This document shows, piece by piece, positions 11,259-22,333 of a DNA stretch of 64,000 bases (position 1 is its first letter; each line of letters begins with the position of its first letter). The notes under the pieces are model-generated. The model did no database searches. It was given only the letters and a program-made list of their open reading frames with translations, and was not told the DNA's origin. The stretch covers positions 62,001-126,000 of the IMG/VR virus record IMGVR_UViG_3300036770_003021; one strand, written 5' to 3'. The DNA is from an uncultured virus (IMG/VR IMGVR_UViG_3300036770_003021) (lineage: Duplodnaviria > Heunggongvirae > Uroviricota > Caudoviricetes). Made by a program: the position numbers and the translations under genes.

Positions 11259-12218
11259 TTACTTATTTAAGTATACGGTGTTCATATGTGATAGATTATG
11301 ATCCAAGGCATTATCTTTGTGACTTAACTTGTATCCTAAATTCTTAAATCTATCAATTATTTTAAGTAGATTTACGCCGTCATTGCAATGAAATTCAAAG
11401 AATATACTTCTAACATTTTTGAAGAAATTGTCACTTGTATTTTCAAAAAACTCATATTCAGCTCCTTCTATATCAATTTTTAAATAAGTTGGCAATTCCA
11501 AATTATTATCTATTACAAACTTTTCTAAATTAATAGCATCAACTTCAAATTCACCTTCGTTTCTAATTCTGGAAGCAACTGTAGATTCTGTGGTACCAAA
11601 TCTTACTTTTTTAAATTCACTTGAAATCGCATTATTAAACACTTTTGTGTTTTTACCATATCTGTTCAAATTATCGTTAAGATACTGTGAGAGTTCTGGA
11701 TGTGGTTCAAATGCATATATTTGTTTGATATCAAAATTGGAACACGCAATAGAAAACGCACCAATATTAGCTCCCAGATCATAAACAACATCTCCATCTT
11801 TGATACTGAAATTTGATGTAAAATAATCATCGTAGAAAAATGTATGGTAAGATGGATAGGTAGTATCACCTTGTTTAGATTTTAGATCCAAACATCTAAA
11901 TTTTTTAGTCCCGTGATAATTTTTACTGAATAGTAAAGTATTATCTACGTCGTGTATTTCTATGCAAATGCCAGGATGATTTTTATTTAAAATTTCTTTT
12001 ATATAAAAAATGTTATAATTATACGTCCACATATCATGCCCCACTGTACAGTGGTGATACATAATATGTGAAATAAGATTGGAATCTAAACTTCGTATTG
12101 TTATTATAAACTCATAATTAACCGATGAATCATTGATGGTTTTAAACACACCTTCATCCGTAATAATAATTGTTAATTTTCCAAACTTTTCCAAATAGAT
12201 ATCGTCGATAATAGGCAT
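11259..12218 (-). CDS. FkbM family methyltransferase
   Basis: VVYDLGANIGAF, YAFEP, LKIDIEGAE, FFEFH. Confidence 0.9.
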   Translation of the reverse strand: MPIIDDIYLEKFGKLTIIITDEGVFKTINDSSVNYEFIITIRSLDSNLISHIMYHHCTVGHDMWTYNYNIFYIKEILNKNHPGICIEIHDVDNTLLFSKNYHGTKKFRCLDLKSKQGDTTYPSYHTFFYDDYFTSNFSIKDGDVVYDLGANIGAFSIACSNFDIKQIYAFEPHPELSQYLNDNLNRYGKNTKVFNNAISSEFKKVRFGTTESTVASRIRNEGEFEVDAINLEKFVIDNNLELPTYLKIDIEGAEYEFFENTSDNFFKNVRSIFFEFHCNDGVNLLKIIDRFKNLGYKLSHKDNALDHNLSHMNTVYLNK

Positions 12219-12219
12219 A

Positions 12220-15200
12220 TTAAATATATACTACCTTACTAAAGCCATTCTCTTTTTTTATTTCCACTTGGTTATCAACCATATCACGCATTTGATCCAA
12301 ATGACTGATTACCCAGATAAAATCAAATTGATGTTTCAAATAATTAAACAAAGCTCCCATTTGACCCAAATGATCACTATCAGCACAACCAAATCCTTCA
12401 TCAATACAAATAATATTTGGTCTTGGTAGATTACTAATATTAATCAACGAAACTCTGATAGCAAGCCCACTTACGAATTTTTCCATTCCACTTGCCATTT
12501 CAAGTGGCCAACGTTTGTCTTCGTAAACGATATTGGTCATAATGTTTTTTCCATCAGTTTGAAGAGTAACTGTAAAGTCTACTAACTGTTGAAGAATATT
12601 ATTAACTTCCTTTTCAATCTCAGGAAGAGTCTTGGTTATAATTTCATATGGAATTCCATCACGGCTAACCACATTTGTATAATGTTTGTAAGCTTCATAA
12701 CTCGACTCTAATTCTTTTACCTTTTGCAATTGTTCAGTAACAGTTTTATACTGAACTTCTAACTTTCCTTTTTCAGTTAATGAGGAAAAAAGCTTGGAAT
12801 TAATAGATTTAATATTAACGTCGATAGATTTAATCAAATCTTTCTGAGTGTTGATGTCAGACATCAACTTGTTATTATTCTCAATAATATCTTTATTTGT
12901 ATAAAAAGTTGAAATGTTATCTGTTACAGTCTTAAGTTTGGTTTGAATCTTAATAAGATCATTTTCCAACTTAAGAATTGTATTTGAAATAACACTCTTG
13001 CTTTTTTCAAAAGCAACTTTATCGTTATTTACTTTTTGACAACGTTTGAATTTTGTTTCAATGTCGCCATAACTCTCCAAAGATGACTTTATTGTATTAT
13101 ACTCGTCTACAATAACCTTGCTTTTGATTTTATCATTCTCCAATTCAGCTTTGACTTTTATTGCATCTTTTACGAATACATTGTTTACGCAATATGAACA
13201 GTTAGGATCATATTTGTGATCTTCCAACTTCTTCAATTTGTCCATTTTATTTTTCACAACAAGCTTAAGATTATTTAATTCATTGGTCTTGTTATCAAAA
13301 TTTTGTTTGACAACTTTATAAAGATCATAATCACGATCAATATTTTCGCAGTCTGATATGGATGAAGACAGATTGGTAATATTTGTTTCTACATCAATTA
13401 GTTTATCTTTTTGAAGTTTAATATTAAGATTGGTTTCATTAATCTGACCTTCAAGTTCAATTTTGTTACTTTCCAATTTAACAATATCAAAATCAAAACT
13501 TACAGTCTTAGTAATTTTATTGGATAATTCTAATAAGAGATTGTTATAAGAATCCTTTAACAATTCTTGATTTTTTACTTCTTCGTTAAACTCTTGAATC
13601 TTGGTATTAGTATAGTCTATACTGCCAGATACAGTTTCCAACTCTTGAATAAGTTGGTCTTTACTTATATTCTTTAATAAAGTATTTGTTTCTTTGAACT
13701 TATCATTTGCTATAGTATATAATTGATCGAATACATCCAATCCCATAAACTGACACAATAAATCTTTTCGTTCGGTCTGTCCAAGATCAATAAAAGACCC
13801 AGCTTTACTGTTTTGTACACTTAAAACAGTAAGAATAAAATCTTCATATGTACCAACGTAATCGCGAATAATATCGTTCGTGCTTCTACGAGCTTCTCCG
13901 TTCAATGGAACTTCTTTGTCATTTTCTTTTTTGTAGAATTTGACTTCAACTTTGACATTGCCTTTTTTGTCTGCTTTACCTTCACGTTCAATAAAATAAT
14001 CAACTCCATTTACCTCAAAATTAAACTTACAACGAAAGCTCATTTTTTGAGTATTAAGCACGTGTGATGCTTTGTAACCCTTGCTGAACTTATCAAAAAC
14101 ACAAAATGCAAGCGCATCCATAATGCTTGATTTACCACTAGCATTTGGTGCAAAAAGTCCGATAGTACCGTTTAGTTTAGCAAAATCTATTATATTGCCT
14201 TCGCCATAACTAAACATATTGTCGAATTCAAATTTCTTTGGTTTCCAACGAATATTCTTTGGAGCTTTATCTTTTGGTATTTCTTTATTAATGGTCTTGT
14301 TTAGATCCTTGACCATTTCTATTAGATTCTTATCTACATTTTTTGATAACAATGTGTCTTCTACTAATTTGTTTTGGTAGTCAACATCAAAAATGTTATG
14401 TACATCAAACACTTTTCCAGAGTTCAAAATTGTATCTTTTGATACATCGTCGGCACGAACATAGGTGGTTTCGATTAACGTAGATTTGGTTTTGATGTCA
14501 TTTAAAATCTCCTTTACTTGTGAAGGAATGGACTCGCGACAGATAACACGCAGTGTGGATTTCTTTGGGATGTTAGAAATATCCGTAATCAACTGACCCT
14601 TGTCAACTTCCACTGTATAATACCCATATTCATTTACTAGTTCGTAGTGTTTGAATAATTTACGCTTCAAGTCCCACATAATGAAACCGTGACCTTTAAG
14701 CTCCTCACCGTGGTTTTGTTGAATCATCGATCCTGCATATACAACAACTGGCAAAGATTCATTGTCATCATATTCTTGTAGAATTTGATGTTTGTGAATA
14801 TCACCAAGCATAGCAATGTGATGTCCATCAAAAGTTTCATTGGTTACAGATCGGCTACTAACAGTGTACCCAATATCAGTAACAGCATTATATACTGGTC
14901 CGTGAAACAAAGCAATGTGATGGTCTGTTTCATCACGATATTTCGATGGGATATTTTCGTATTTAATGTATTTTTCAGGAACATCCCAATCAAAAACACT
15001 AAAGTTATTAAACAAAATATTTTCATATCTATAAACATCTGTATTTCTGAGATAAAATAGATTAGGATGATTCAAAGCATCCACAATTGGTGTAATACAA
15101 TCTAATCTAGATTTATTAGCCAATGTAGCATCGTGATTGCCAGCCGTTAAAATAACAGGAACTCTATCTGCGCAATTTTTTAGAAAATCACTTCCAATTT

Positions 15201-15411
15201 TAACACATTCAGGACTCAAATCGGATTTATTATGAAACAAATCACCGGCTATAACCAAGATAGCATCTAGTGTTTTTGCTTTATCAAGTGCTTTGTAAAG
15301 CTTTTCAAAAACCAAAGTATATTCGTCGTGACGTTTTGTTAAACGAATATGAATATCCGCAATATGCACCACCGAATTAATTTTTTTATCTGTATTTTTT
15401 AATACGATCAT
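12220..15411 (-). CDS. fused Mre11/SbcD nuclease - Rad50/SbcC ATPase (gp47-gp46-like)
   Basis: HIADIH, AGDLFH, GNHD, LGDIH; Walker A APNASGKS, zinc hook CSYC, signature ASGME, Walker B IDEGFG. Confidence 0.9.
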   Translation of the reverse strand: MIVLKNTDKKINSVVHIADIHIRLTKRHDEYTLVFEKLYKALDKAKTLDAILVIAGDLFHNKSDLSPECVKIGSDFLKNCADRVPVILTAGNHDATLANKSRLDCITPIVDALNHPNLFYLRNTDVYRYENILFNNFSVFDWDVPEKYIKYENIPSKYRDETDHHIALFHGPVYNAVTDIGYTVSSRSVTNETFDGHHIAMLGDIHKHQILQEYDDNESLPVVVYAGSMIQQNHGEELKGHGFIMWDLKRKLFKHYELVNEYGYYTVEVDKGQLITDISNIPKKSTLRVICRESIPSQVKEILNDIKTKSTLIETTYVRADDVSKDTILNSGKVFDVHNIFDVDYQNKLVEDTLLSKNVDKNLIEMVKDLNKTINKEIPKDKAPKNIRWKPKKFEFDNMFSYGEGNIIDFAKLNGTIGLFAPNASGKSSIMDALAFCVFDKFSKGYKASHVLNTQKMSFRCKFNFEVNGVDYFIEREGKADKKGNVKVEVKFYKKENDKEVPLNGEARRSTNDIIRDYVGTYEDFILTVLSVQNSKAGSFIDLGQTERKDLLCQFMGLDVFDQLYTIANDKFKETNTLLKNISKDQLIQELETVSGSIDYTNTKIQEFNEEVKNQELLKDSYNNLLLELSNKITKTVSFDFDIVKLESNKIELEGQINETNLNIKLQKDKLIDVETNITNLSSSISDCENIDRDYDLYKVVKQNFDNKTNELNNLKLVVKNKMDKLKKLEDHKYDPNCSYCVNNVFVKDAIKVKAELENDKIKSKVIVDEYNTIKSSLESYGDIETKFKRCQKVNNDKVAFEKSKSVISNTILKLENDLIKIQTKLKTVTDNISTFYTNKDIIENNNKLMSDINTQKDLIKSIDVNIKSINSKLFSSLTEKGKLEVQYKTVTEQLQKVKELESSYEAYKHYTNVVSRDGIPYEIITKTLPEIEKEVNNILQQLVDFTVTLQTDGKNIMTNIVYEDKRWPLEMASGMEKFVSGLAIRVSLINISNLPRPNIICIDEGFGCADSDHLGQMGALFNYLKHQFDFIWVISHLDQMRDMVDNQVEIKKENGFSKVVYI

Positions 15412-16319
15412 AATTTAACTGTTAATTTTAACTTATACAACAAGCTTTCATCCATTCTAACACAACTATCTATGGTTTGCCAAGTTTTTTTATGACCCAA
15501 TTCATTTGGATCTTTACCGTCAAGTCTTACCAAATGTGTAGTTATATCATTTGCAATTAAAAATTCACAAATTTTCAAACTTGATGCCAATGCATCGTTG
15601 TCCAACAAAACATTTACTCTGGGTGGTTTGTTTTCTACCAATTTTAGTTTGAGTGATTTAGATAAAGTTTTACCAAACAAAGGAATAACATTATACTTTA
15701 CGGACATAGCATCAAACACACCTTCTACCAAAGTTACTGGTTGATTAAAGTCTGTATATAGTTCAAATCCTATAATATCTTTGCTACCATCACAGAGTCT
15801 ATATTTAAGATATCCATCGTAAAATGATCTACCACAGTAAAAGTTGAGCTTTCCTTGACAATCATATGACGGTACAATGATTCTATTGATAAAATTTCCA
15901 CTCGTACAATACCCAATGTTATATCTAACTATATCTAAAGTAGATATATTACGGTTTAAACAGTAACTCAATGCGTGCTTGTACTCAATATCATTATTCG
16001 GTTTACACAAAGGTTTAAACTCTTCAGGCAAACTTAATATCTTTTTTTCTTCTTTTACTACAACATTGGTTCGTTTGGGTCCATCTTTACACAAAATGTC
16101 ATAATATTCTTTAGGAGCCTTTATCTTTTTTAATAGACTATGAAAACTTTTGCCACTAAACCCACATACCCAACATTGGTAAAATCCAGTTTTTGTATTG
16201 ATGTTTAACTTACGTTTGTGATGACTGCAACTGGGACAAAAAACAAGAATTTCTTCACCGCCTTTTTGGATGTGAATTTTTTGCTTAAATAATCTTGATA
16301 ATGTGTCAACTACAGTCAT
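15408..16319 (-). CDS. DNA primase (Zn finger + TOPRIM)
   Basis: CPSC...CWVC, LVEGVFDAM, LDNDA, KDPNE. Confidence 0.88.
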   Translation of the reverse strand: MTVVDTLSRLFKQKIHIQKGGEEILVFCPSCSHHKRKLNINTKTGFYQCWVCGFSGKSFHSLLKKIKAPKEYYDILCKDGPKRTNVVVKEEKKILSLPEEFKPLCKPNNDIEYKHALSYCLNRNISTLDIVRYNIGYCTSGNFINRIIVPSYDCQGKLNFYCGRSFYDGYLKYRLCDGSKDIIGFELYTDFNQPVTLVEGVFDAMSVKYNVIPLFGKTLSKSLKLKLVENKPPRVNVLLDNDALASSLKICEFLIANDITTHLVRLDGKDPNELGHKKTWQTIDSCVRMDESLLYKLKLTVKL

Positions 16320-16348
16320 TTAGATTAGTATAACACCAAAATTTGAAA

Positions 16349-16861
16349 TCACAACTTTTTATATAATGAGCAGACTATACCATCGTACATATCACCGTTT
16401 CTTTCGTCCCAATTGCCTTTTTTATTAAGAACCGCAAACTTAACTACATCTGGACAAAGTGATTCTAATTCTGATTTTACAAAATCTTTTGATTTTACAC
16501 CTTTAATTCTACATTTGCCAAACAACTGTTTGCGCATAGTGTTAACTGATAATAGATTTACCTTGATCTTGAAGTGTTCTTCGATAATATATGCAAAGAC
16601 AGCATTGTGTCTGGCTAATGTAATGATGACTTGTTGACTGGTAAAACCACCAGCAAATCCGCTTAAAGCGGCTTCTAAGTTAATGGTGGCAATATCTTTG
16701 ATTAAAGGCTTTTTTTCCAATTCTGATATAACAAAAAACGTTTTTTCTTTGGTAGTTTCGAGTTTTTTTGTGTCAATATAACCAGCGTCCAAGACTCTTC
16801 CGTCTTTACTCAACGCCCAACCTGTAACTGATGTTGATGAATCTAAACCTAATATAACCAT
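16349..16861 (-). CDS. RuvC-like Holliday junction resolvase
   Basis: ILGLDSSTSVTGW, LE, DMYDG acidic residues. Confidence 0.8.
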   Translation of the reverse strand: MVILGLDSSTSVTGWALSKDGRVLDAGYIDTKKLETTKEKTFFVISELEKKPLIKDIATINLEAALSGFAGGFTSQQVIITLARHNAVFAYIIEEHFKIKVNLLSVNTMRKQLFGKCRIKGVKSKDFVKSELESLCPDVVKFAVLNKKGNWDERNGDMYDGIVCSLYKKL

Positions 16862-16873
16862 TTAAAATACATA

Positions 16874-17182
16874 TCAACGAAAATATCGTTTCGTATTAAA
16901 TCCTGGCAAAGTGTCTGAGTAATTTAAAGCTTTAGTGTTAAAATTTTCTTCTTGATTATCTATTGATGTAAGAAATCCTGGATTAACTGTATATTGACGA
17001 GATTTTTGTGAATAACCCATTGATCCTTGTAGTCCATCTAACATAGTACCGCCAGGTATAAATCTTGTAGCTTTATATGCATTAAACGCACCGCCAGCTT
17101 TTTGTTTGGCTAGAAATCTAGCTTCTAAGCTTGTCTTTAATGATTCACGGTCAATTACTTTTGCGTCTGGTGATGTTGCCAT
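16874..17182 (-). CDS. hypothetical protein
   Basis: 102 aa ORF in operon context. Confidence 0.65.
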   Translation of the reverse strand: MATSPDAKVIDRESLKTSLEARFLAKQKAGGAFNAYKATRFIPGGTMLDGLQGSMGYSQKSRQYTVNPGFLTSIDNQEENFNTKALNYSDTLPGFNTKRYFR

Positions 17183-17211
17183 ATGTTTGTTCTATTTTAT
17201 AATAAATATAA

Positions 17212-19788
17212 TTAAGTGTCCCATTTAACAGAAATATTTATTGGAATTTCCCCAGTATTTTTAATTGGTTGTGCCAATTTAGCAACCGCAACCAAATCAC
17301 ATCCACTATACAATCCCACAGTTGTTATGTACGGTGCCAAATAAGATCCAGTTGGATCAATAGAAGAACTATATTGATACTTGAAGAAGTCTTGTTTTAC
17401 GTAATTTTTAATTGACTTGCCTGTTTGATTATCTAAAAATCTAATAATGTCGTCGTAATTATTACGATTGCTTAGTGTATTCAAAAAAGACTTGTAGTTT
17501 GTGAAATTCAACTTATTGATGAAATATTTCCACATCATTTTACCATCGTAAATGTCTACTTTTCCATCGTTATCAACATCTAGATTTTTCTCAGCCAATA
17601 TGTTTTTCAATTCAGGAGTTAACAAATTGGTATTATAGTTTAAATATGATGATGTATAAAATCCAAAAATATTTTGTTCAACGTCATTTGAAATCATATT
17701 CAAATACCATTTTTCAGAGCCTGGTACCACATTTTTGTAGTTTATATATCTTAAAATTATATCCAAATTTTCAAAGTTAAAATTGCTCTTATTAATTACA
17801 CAATAATTTATAAGCGATGAAGTTGTAGCAGTTGGATTCGTTGATATATTAAACTCTCCTGGCAATATAGTACACACATATTGTTTTTCGTAAGTGGTTA
17901 TGAGTGTCTTATAATCCATATACAACGATGAATAATCTGGATCTATAGGATCTCTTGTCAACAAATTCAAAACGCTACCTGTATTGTTAATTACCAAACT
18001 ATTATTGTTATAAAATATATTGCCTACAGGATAATTTGTTTTCAAATCTAAGTTGTCATAAATATAAGCTTTACCAACGATGTCTGAATATGAATCAGAT
18101 TCCATTTGTAGTGCAATTTTTGTAACTACACTGCCACTTCCATACACTGTATCCTCTATTTGAAAATATACAACATCGGATGTTTCAGTACAATTTTCTG
18201 GGCTGAATGAAGATGTATTTACATAACTAGGATCATCATAACTTCCAGACTCAGTTATTAAAGGAACACTTAAATACAAATCTTCATTTAGTGGAATAGG
18301 AGACCCCACCACTAAATTAGGATCTGATAAAGCAACGGAGTATCCAAAAGCACTAAATGGTTTATTGTACTCTTTTCTTTTAGCAATTGGATCTGTAGTA
18401 ATTTGAGTTACGATTGAATTACTTACATTATAATACAAACATTGTCCACAATAACTTGATTCACCGTAATCATTTACATCATAAAACTTATCATAGTATT
18501 TGATTGAGCTAGATATATAAAGAGAACTGAATGGAAAATATGGTTTGGGAGATCCAATCAATACTTTATTATTGTGTGTAGAAACTGAATAACCCATCAT
18601 ATTATCTTTGAAGGTTATTTCATCGCCATAAATCTTTTTAATAAACAAATATTGATTTGATCCTGTTGGACACAAACCATTTTCGTAAATATAAGTCGCA
18701 CCTCTTTGTCTTAAAACATTAGATCCTGAATATTCGTAGTATAAAAGATCATTTGGTGATCCGATTGCTAATACGTTTTTATGTAAAGATACAGAATATC
18801 CAAATCTGTTATTTTTCTGTGCAGCAGATAAACTTCCTGAAGGATATAAATCAAATTCAAATCCTTCCAACTTTAAGTATTCAGATCCTGTTATGTTTTG
18901 AAACCTTTGTGAAATTCTCCATCCACCTGATCCAGATGTGAATAGAAACACTTTACTAGCTGACACTTGATTACATCCGACCACCAATTTATCTTCAGCA
19001 TATTTGTCTATACAAACACTAAATCCAAATGAAGATTGATATGGATCAGATACAACACTGCTGCTTAGTTTTTGTACCAAATTATAACTGTTATTTACAT
19101 TCTTAAAAACATAAACACATCCTCGGCCGTTATTATAACCTGGAGCACCAACTGCTAAATAATTATTTGATATACTGACTGATTTACCAAACTGTATATT
19201 GCTTGACGATGTTAAATAAGCGATAGGAGTTGAACTTATTTCGTATATACTTGTGGATTCTTTTGTATATTCTGTGGATTTTGACTGAATGCTTCCACTT
19301 TCATATACATAGTTGGGATCTATTTCGTATATGTTTACTTGGTTTTGACTAAAAAAGTTTCTGTTGTCTATACTCTGTGTAAAAGAAACATCACTTGCTG
19401 CTAGAAAATAATCACATACGTCAAGTGCTTCGCCATATTTGCTTTGATAAACAAACTTTGTAGAGTTTTCAATTGTTAAATAACTACAAGATGCATCTGT
19501 ATTTGGCAAACTGCCACTATTAGCAATTAAAGAACTTGTATTAACTGTACTGCTACTTTGTTCGGTGTAATATGGTGTTAGTAAATTTTCATTTTCATTA
19601 AACAAAGTTTTAATTACTTCATAATTTGATTGAAATTGATTTTTACGAACCAAAAATATTTGTCCTCTACGAGAAAATCCTTCCGCATATTGCCAATTTT
19701 TAGTTGGTGGATTTCCTATTGCTATTATGTTACCATTCGTAGCAACAGAGGTACCATATCTTTCGTTATATATGTTAATTAAACTCAT
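17212..19788 (-). CDS. virion structural protein with FG-GAP repeats, EF-hand/dockerin-like motif and tail-collar-like C-terminus
   Basis: FGxSV...VGAP repeats; DVDNDGKVDIYD; PYITTVGLY...VAVAKLAQPI. Confidence 0.7.
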   Translation of the reverse strand: MSLINIYNERYGTSVATNGNIIAIGNPPTKNWQYAEGFSRRGQIFLVRKNQFQSNYEVIKTLFNENENLLTPYYTEQSSSTVNTSSLIANSGSLPNTDASCSYLTIENSTKFVYQSKYGEALDVCDYFLAASDVSFTQSIDNRNFFSQNQVNIYEIDPNYVYESGSIQSKSTEYTKESTSIYEISSTPIAYLTSSSNIQFGKSVSISNNYLAVGAPGYNNGRGCVYVFKNVNNSYNLVQKLSSSVVSDPYQSSFGFSVCIDKYAEDKLVVGCNQVSASKVFLFTSGSGGWRISQRFQNITGSEYLKLEGFEFDLYPSGSLSAAQKNNRFGYSVSLHKNVLAIGSPNDLLYYEYSGSNVLRQRGATYIYENGLCPTGSNQYLFIKKIYGDEITFKDNMMGYSVSTHNNKVLIGSPKPYFPFSSLYISSSIKYYDKFYDVNDYGESSYCGQCLYYNVSNSIVTQITTDPIAKRKEYNKPFSAFGYSVALSDPNLVVGSPIPLNEDLYLSVPLITESGSYDDPSYVNTSSFSPENCTETSDVVYFQIEDTVYGSGSVVTKIALQMESDSYSDIVGKAYIYDNLDLKTNYPVGNIFYNNNSLVINNTGSVLNLLTRDPIDPDYSSLYMDYKTLITTYEKQYVCTILPGEFNISTNPTATTSSLINYCVINKSNFNFENLDIILRYINYKNVVPGSEKWYLNMISNDVEQNIFGFYTSSYLNYNTNLLTPELKNILAEKNLDVDNDGKVDIYDGKMMWKYFINKLNFTNYKSFLNTLSNRNNYDDIIRFLDNQTGKSIKNYVKQDFFKYQYSSSIDPTGSYLAPYITTVGLYSGCDLVAVAKLAQPIKNTGEIPINISVKWDT

Positions 19789-19789
19789 A

Positions 19790-20488
19790 CTATGTATTCA
19801 ATAAATAATAACCCAAACCATAAGTACCACGGTTTTCTACAGTATCTTTACTCCCAGTCGTAAATTCATAACTATTAATAAAATAAGTACCGCCTAGTAT
19901 TAAGTTGTGATTTCCGTCATCTTCTATATTTGAAACTATATCGCCGGATTGATTGTATATTACCACAGAATTTCTTTTTATGCCATCGCCCGTCTGAGAA
20001 ACAGACAATTTATATAAAGAAAAATCATTTGTCAAATCTAGTTTAGTTCTTTGATTGTCGTAATCATCAAATCCAAAGATATTATAACTGTTATTATAGT
20101 CGTTATAATACATCTTATCTACGGTATTATAAACTTGACCTTTATACGTACCATTAACATTTACAGGATTGACAACAGGATTCCATTTAGCACTTGAAGA
20201 TGGATAGAAAACAGAACTGGAATTTACATATTTACCCACTGAAAAATCTATCTGAGAAGCCTCTTCAAATTGAGTCATCGATAAATATATATCATCAAAA
20301 TAAACACCTTCACAACTTCCAGATTTATTATTGTCACAAGAAAAATAGGATAGTTGTATTGGAAATACACTATCATCGGTGCCGTCTGTACCAGATAAAA
20401 GATTATTTAAAACGTTATTAAACGTCTTTTCTTTAGAAACAGTAAATCTAGTAACTAATACGTCTTGAGTTTTAAAAAATTTGATCAT
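19790..20488 (-). CDS. putative virion structural protein
   Basis: 232 aa; shares the DDGNHNL motif type with neighbouring structural ORFs. Confidence 0.55.
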   Translation of the reverse strand: MIKFFKTQDVLVTRFTVSKEKTFNNVLNNLLSGTDGTDDSVFPIQLSYFSCDNNKSGSCEGVYFDDIYLSMTQFEEASQIDFSVGKYVNSSSVFYPSSSAKWNPVVNPVNVNGTYKGQVYNTVDKMYYNDYNNSYNIFGFDDYDNQRTKLDLTNDFSLYKLSVSQTGDGIKRNSVVIYNQSGDIVSNIEDDGNHNLILGGTYFINSYEFTTGSKDTVENRGTYGLGYYLLNT

Positions 20489-20524
20489 TCTATTATAAAT
20501 AGAATAAAAACAAACTATTATAGA

Positions 20525-21643
20525 TTAGAAATCTATTCTCACCTTAATTAGTAACTCATTATCAAATGATTTCATCGTTGGTTGACTAATTTTACCAATT
20601 GCTAACAGTTCATTATTATCATTATACAAACCAACTGAAGTAATATAGGTTCGTGGATTATTAATTAAATCTTGATAGATAATAGTTCCTTTAGTCAAGC
20701 CATCTGTACCATCTGAAACAAAAGTTGGATTGTTACTATAGTTAAACTCTTTGTTCTTCACACGAACGAAATAATTTGTAGACGGCACAAATTCAGACTT
20801 TCTCACGCCCATCGTTAAATTAGATCTTCTGATTGCGTTATAAAAATCTCTGGTCCATACTTTCCAATATCCACTTCGATTTGTAGAAGTTACACTATTG
20901 GAATAGTTAGCGCGATTCAAAATCTGTTGTCCTGCGGTAATACCCACGTATTTATCTAGATTTATAGCATTAAACACTATAACTCCATTTGATGGATAAA
21001 CCAACCCTATTCCGGCATATACTGGAGATCCATTCTTTAAATAAGGAGTAGCAATACCATTTACAATTGATCCAGAGATCAAATTGTATGAGTTCTGTTG
21101 TTTATTCACTACTTGAGAATCATCAATAAAGGTAAATTTCTTAGGTGCGATTGAGCCACTAAATGTAATTTGTATTTGGCCTGGGTCAATTTGATCCTTG
21201 AATTTATCAGCGGCATAGCTAATTACATAAATTGCTTGGCTTTCAACAGTTTTATCGACGCTTCCAGATGCGAAGGTAAACAAATTGTCGCCTGGTTGTA
21301 AAAGTGTGTTTTTGTATTGAGAGTAAATGACCTTAGTTTCATTGGTCAATACAGGAGTTGAGTAAGTCGTTACGTCAAAACGAGAACTTCCACTATTAGC
21401 ATAGTCACCATATGCAACATCAAAGTATAAGTCTCCGCCGGAATAAATGTCTAAATAATACTGACCGTTTCTTACATCGTATGGACTGGAGCCAGTGAGT
21501 TGATTAGCTTGACCAGTAACACCTGATTGTGTCACAAACGTAGATTGACTAACAAATAAACTACCAGTTCCGAATAAACCAGAAGATACTTGATTAATTC
21601 TACCTACTACGATGTCATCGTTATTAAATTTACTAAATATCAT
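20525..21643 (-). CDS. virion structural protein (baseplate/tail-collar-like C-terminus)
   Basis: TYITSVGLYNDNNELLAIGKISQP...IKVRIDF, paralogous to the end of 17212..19788. Confidence 0.65.
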   Translation of the reverse strand: MIFSKFNNDDIVVGRINQVSSGLFGTGSLFVSQSTFVTQSGVTGQANQLTGSSPYDVRNGQYYLDIYSGGDLYFDVAYGDYANSGSSRFDVTTYSTPVLTNETKVIYSQYKNTLLQPGDNLFTFASGSVDKTVESQAIYVISYAADKFKDQIDPGQIQITFSGSIAPKKFTFIDDSQVVNKQQNSYNLISGSIVNGIATPYLKNGSPVYAGIGLVYPSNGVIVFNAINLDKYVGITAGQQILNRANYSNSVTSTNRSGYWKVWTRDFYNAIRRSNLTMGVRKSEFVPSTNYFVRVKNKEFNYSNNPTFVSDGTDGLTKGTIIYQDLINNPRTYITSVGLYNDNNELLAIGKISQPTMKSFDNELLIKVRIDF

Positions 21644-21645
21644 AA

Positions 21646-22287
21646 TTATGTTGTTGTTGGAACTTTAACTGTCACTGTAATTGATGTATTACCGCCACTT
21701 TCATTTCCAATAATTGTAATATTAGTGGTTGTGGTTTTAGACAATCCTGCGTTTGGTACAAATCTAAATTTATTACCAACAACTACTTGTGATGTTTGTG
21801 AAGTTAGATCTCCTGAGAAAGTAGGAATTGTGGCACTTGTTGAATTTAAACTATTTGTTTCGGTCACAATCAAAGTTCCAACGTTCTTATTGGCCAAAAT
21901 GGCTGTATATCCAAGTGTAACATTATAAGTTGGATTTGTACTTGGACTAATTAAACTTTCCCCAGTATAGTCTCTTGGAACAGTGATTTCTGAGATATTC
22001 AAGATAATAGTAGGTACAGATGTTACACCATCGTTTAGAGTTACCAACTTATACTTCATTGACTGTGATTCATCAGTAATAGGTTCTTGAATTGGAGTGT
22101 TACGAATTGCAATGTCGTAATATGCACTGCCTAGTGGATGATTTGGATTGAATTGAGTATAGTCAATTTCATCATCCGCCAAAGCAAAGGCTGTGATATT
22201 CAAACCGCCTGTTTTTGCGAGTATTTCTCTTCCCTTTTTAGTCAATACAGCATTCACTGTAAGAATGTTGTTATTTAAATATGCCAT
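21646..22287 (-). CDS. virion structural protein (tail-collar-like N-terminus)
   Basis: AVLTKKGREILA...ITAFALADDEIDY. Confidence 0.6.
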   Translation of the reverse strand: MAYLNNNILTVNAVLTKKGREILAKTGGLNITAFALADDEIDYTQFNPNHPLGSAYYDIAIRNTPIQEPITDESQSMKYKLVTLNDGVTSVPTIILNISEITVPRDYTGESLISPSTNPTYNVTLGYTAILANKNVGTLIVTETNSLNSTSATIPTFSGDLTSQTSQVVVGNKFRFVPNAGLSKTTTTNITIIGNESGGNTSITVTVKVPTTT

Positions 22288-22333
22288 ATATAATAATTAT
22301 TGATAAGTTTTAAATTTTACTCAAAAATATGAA

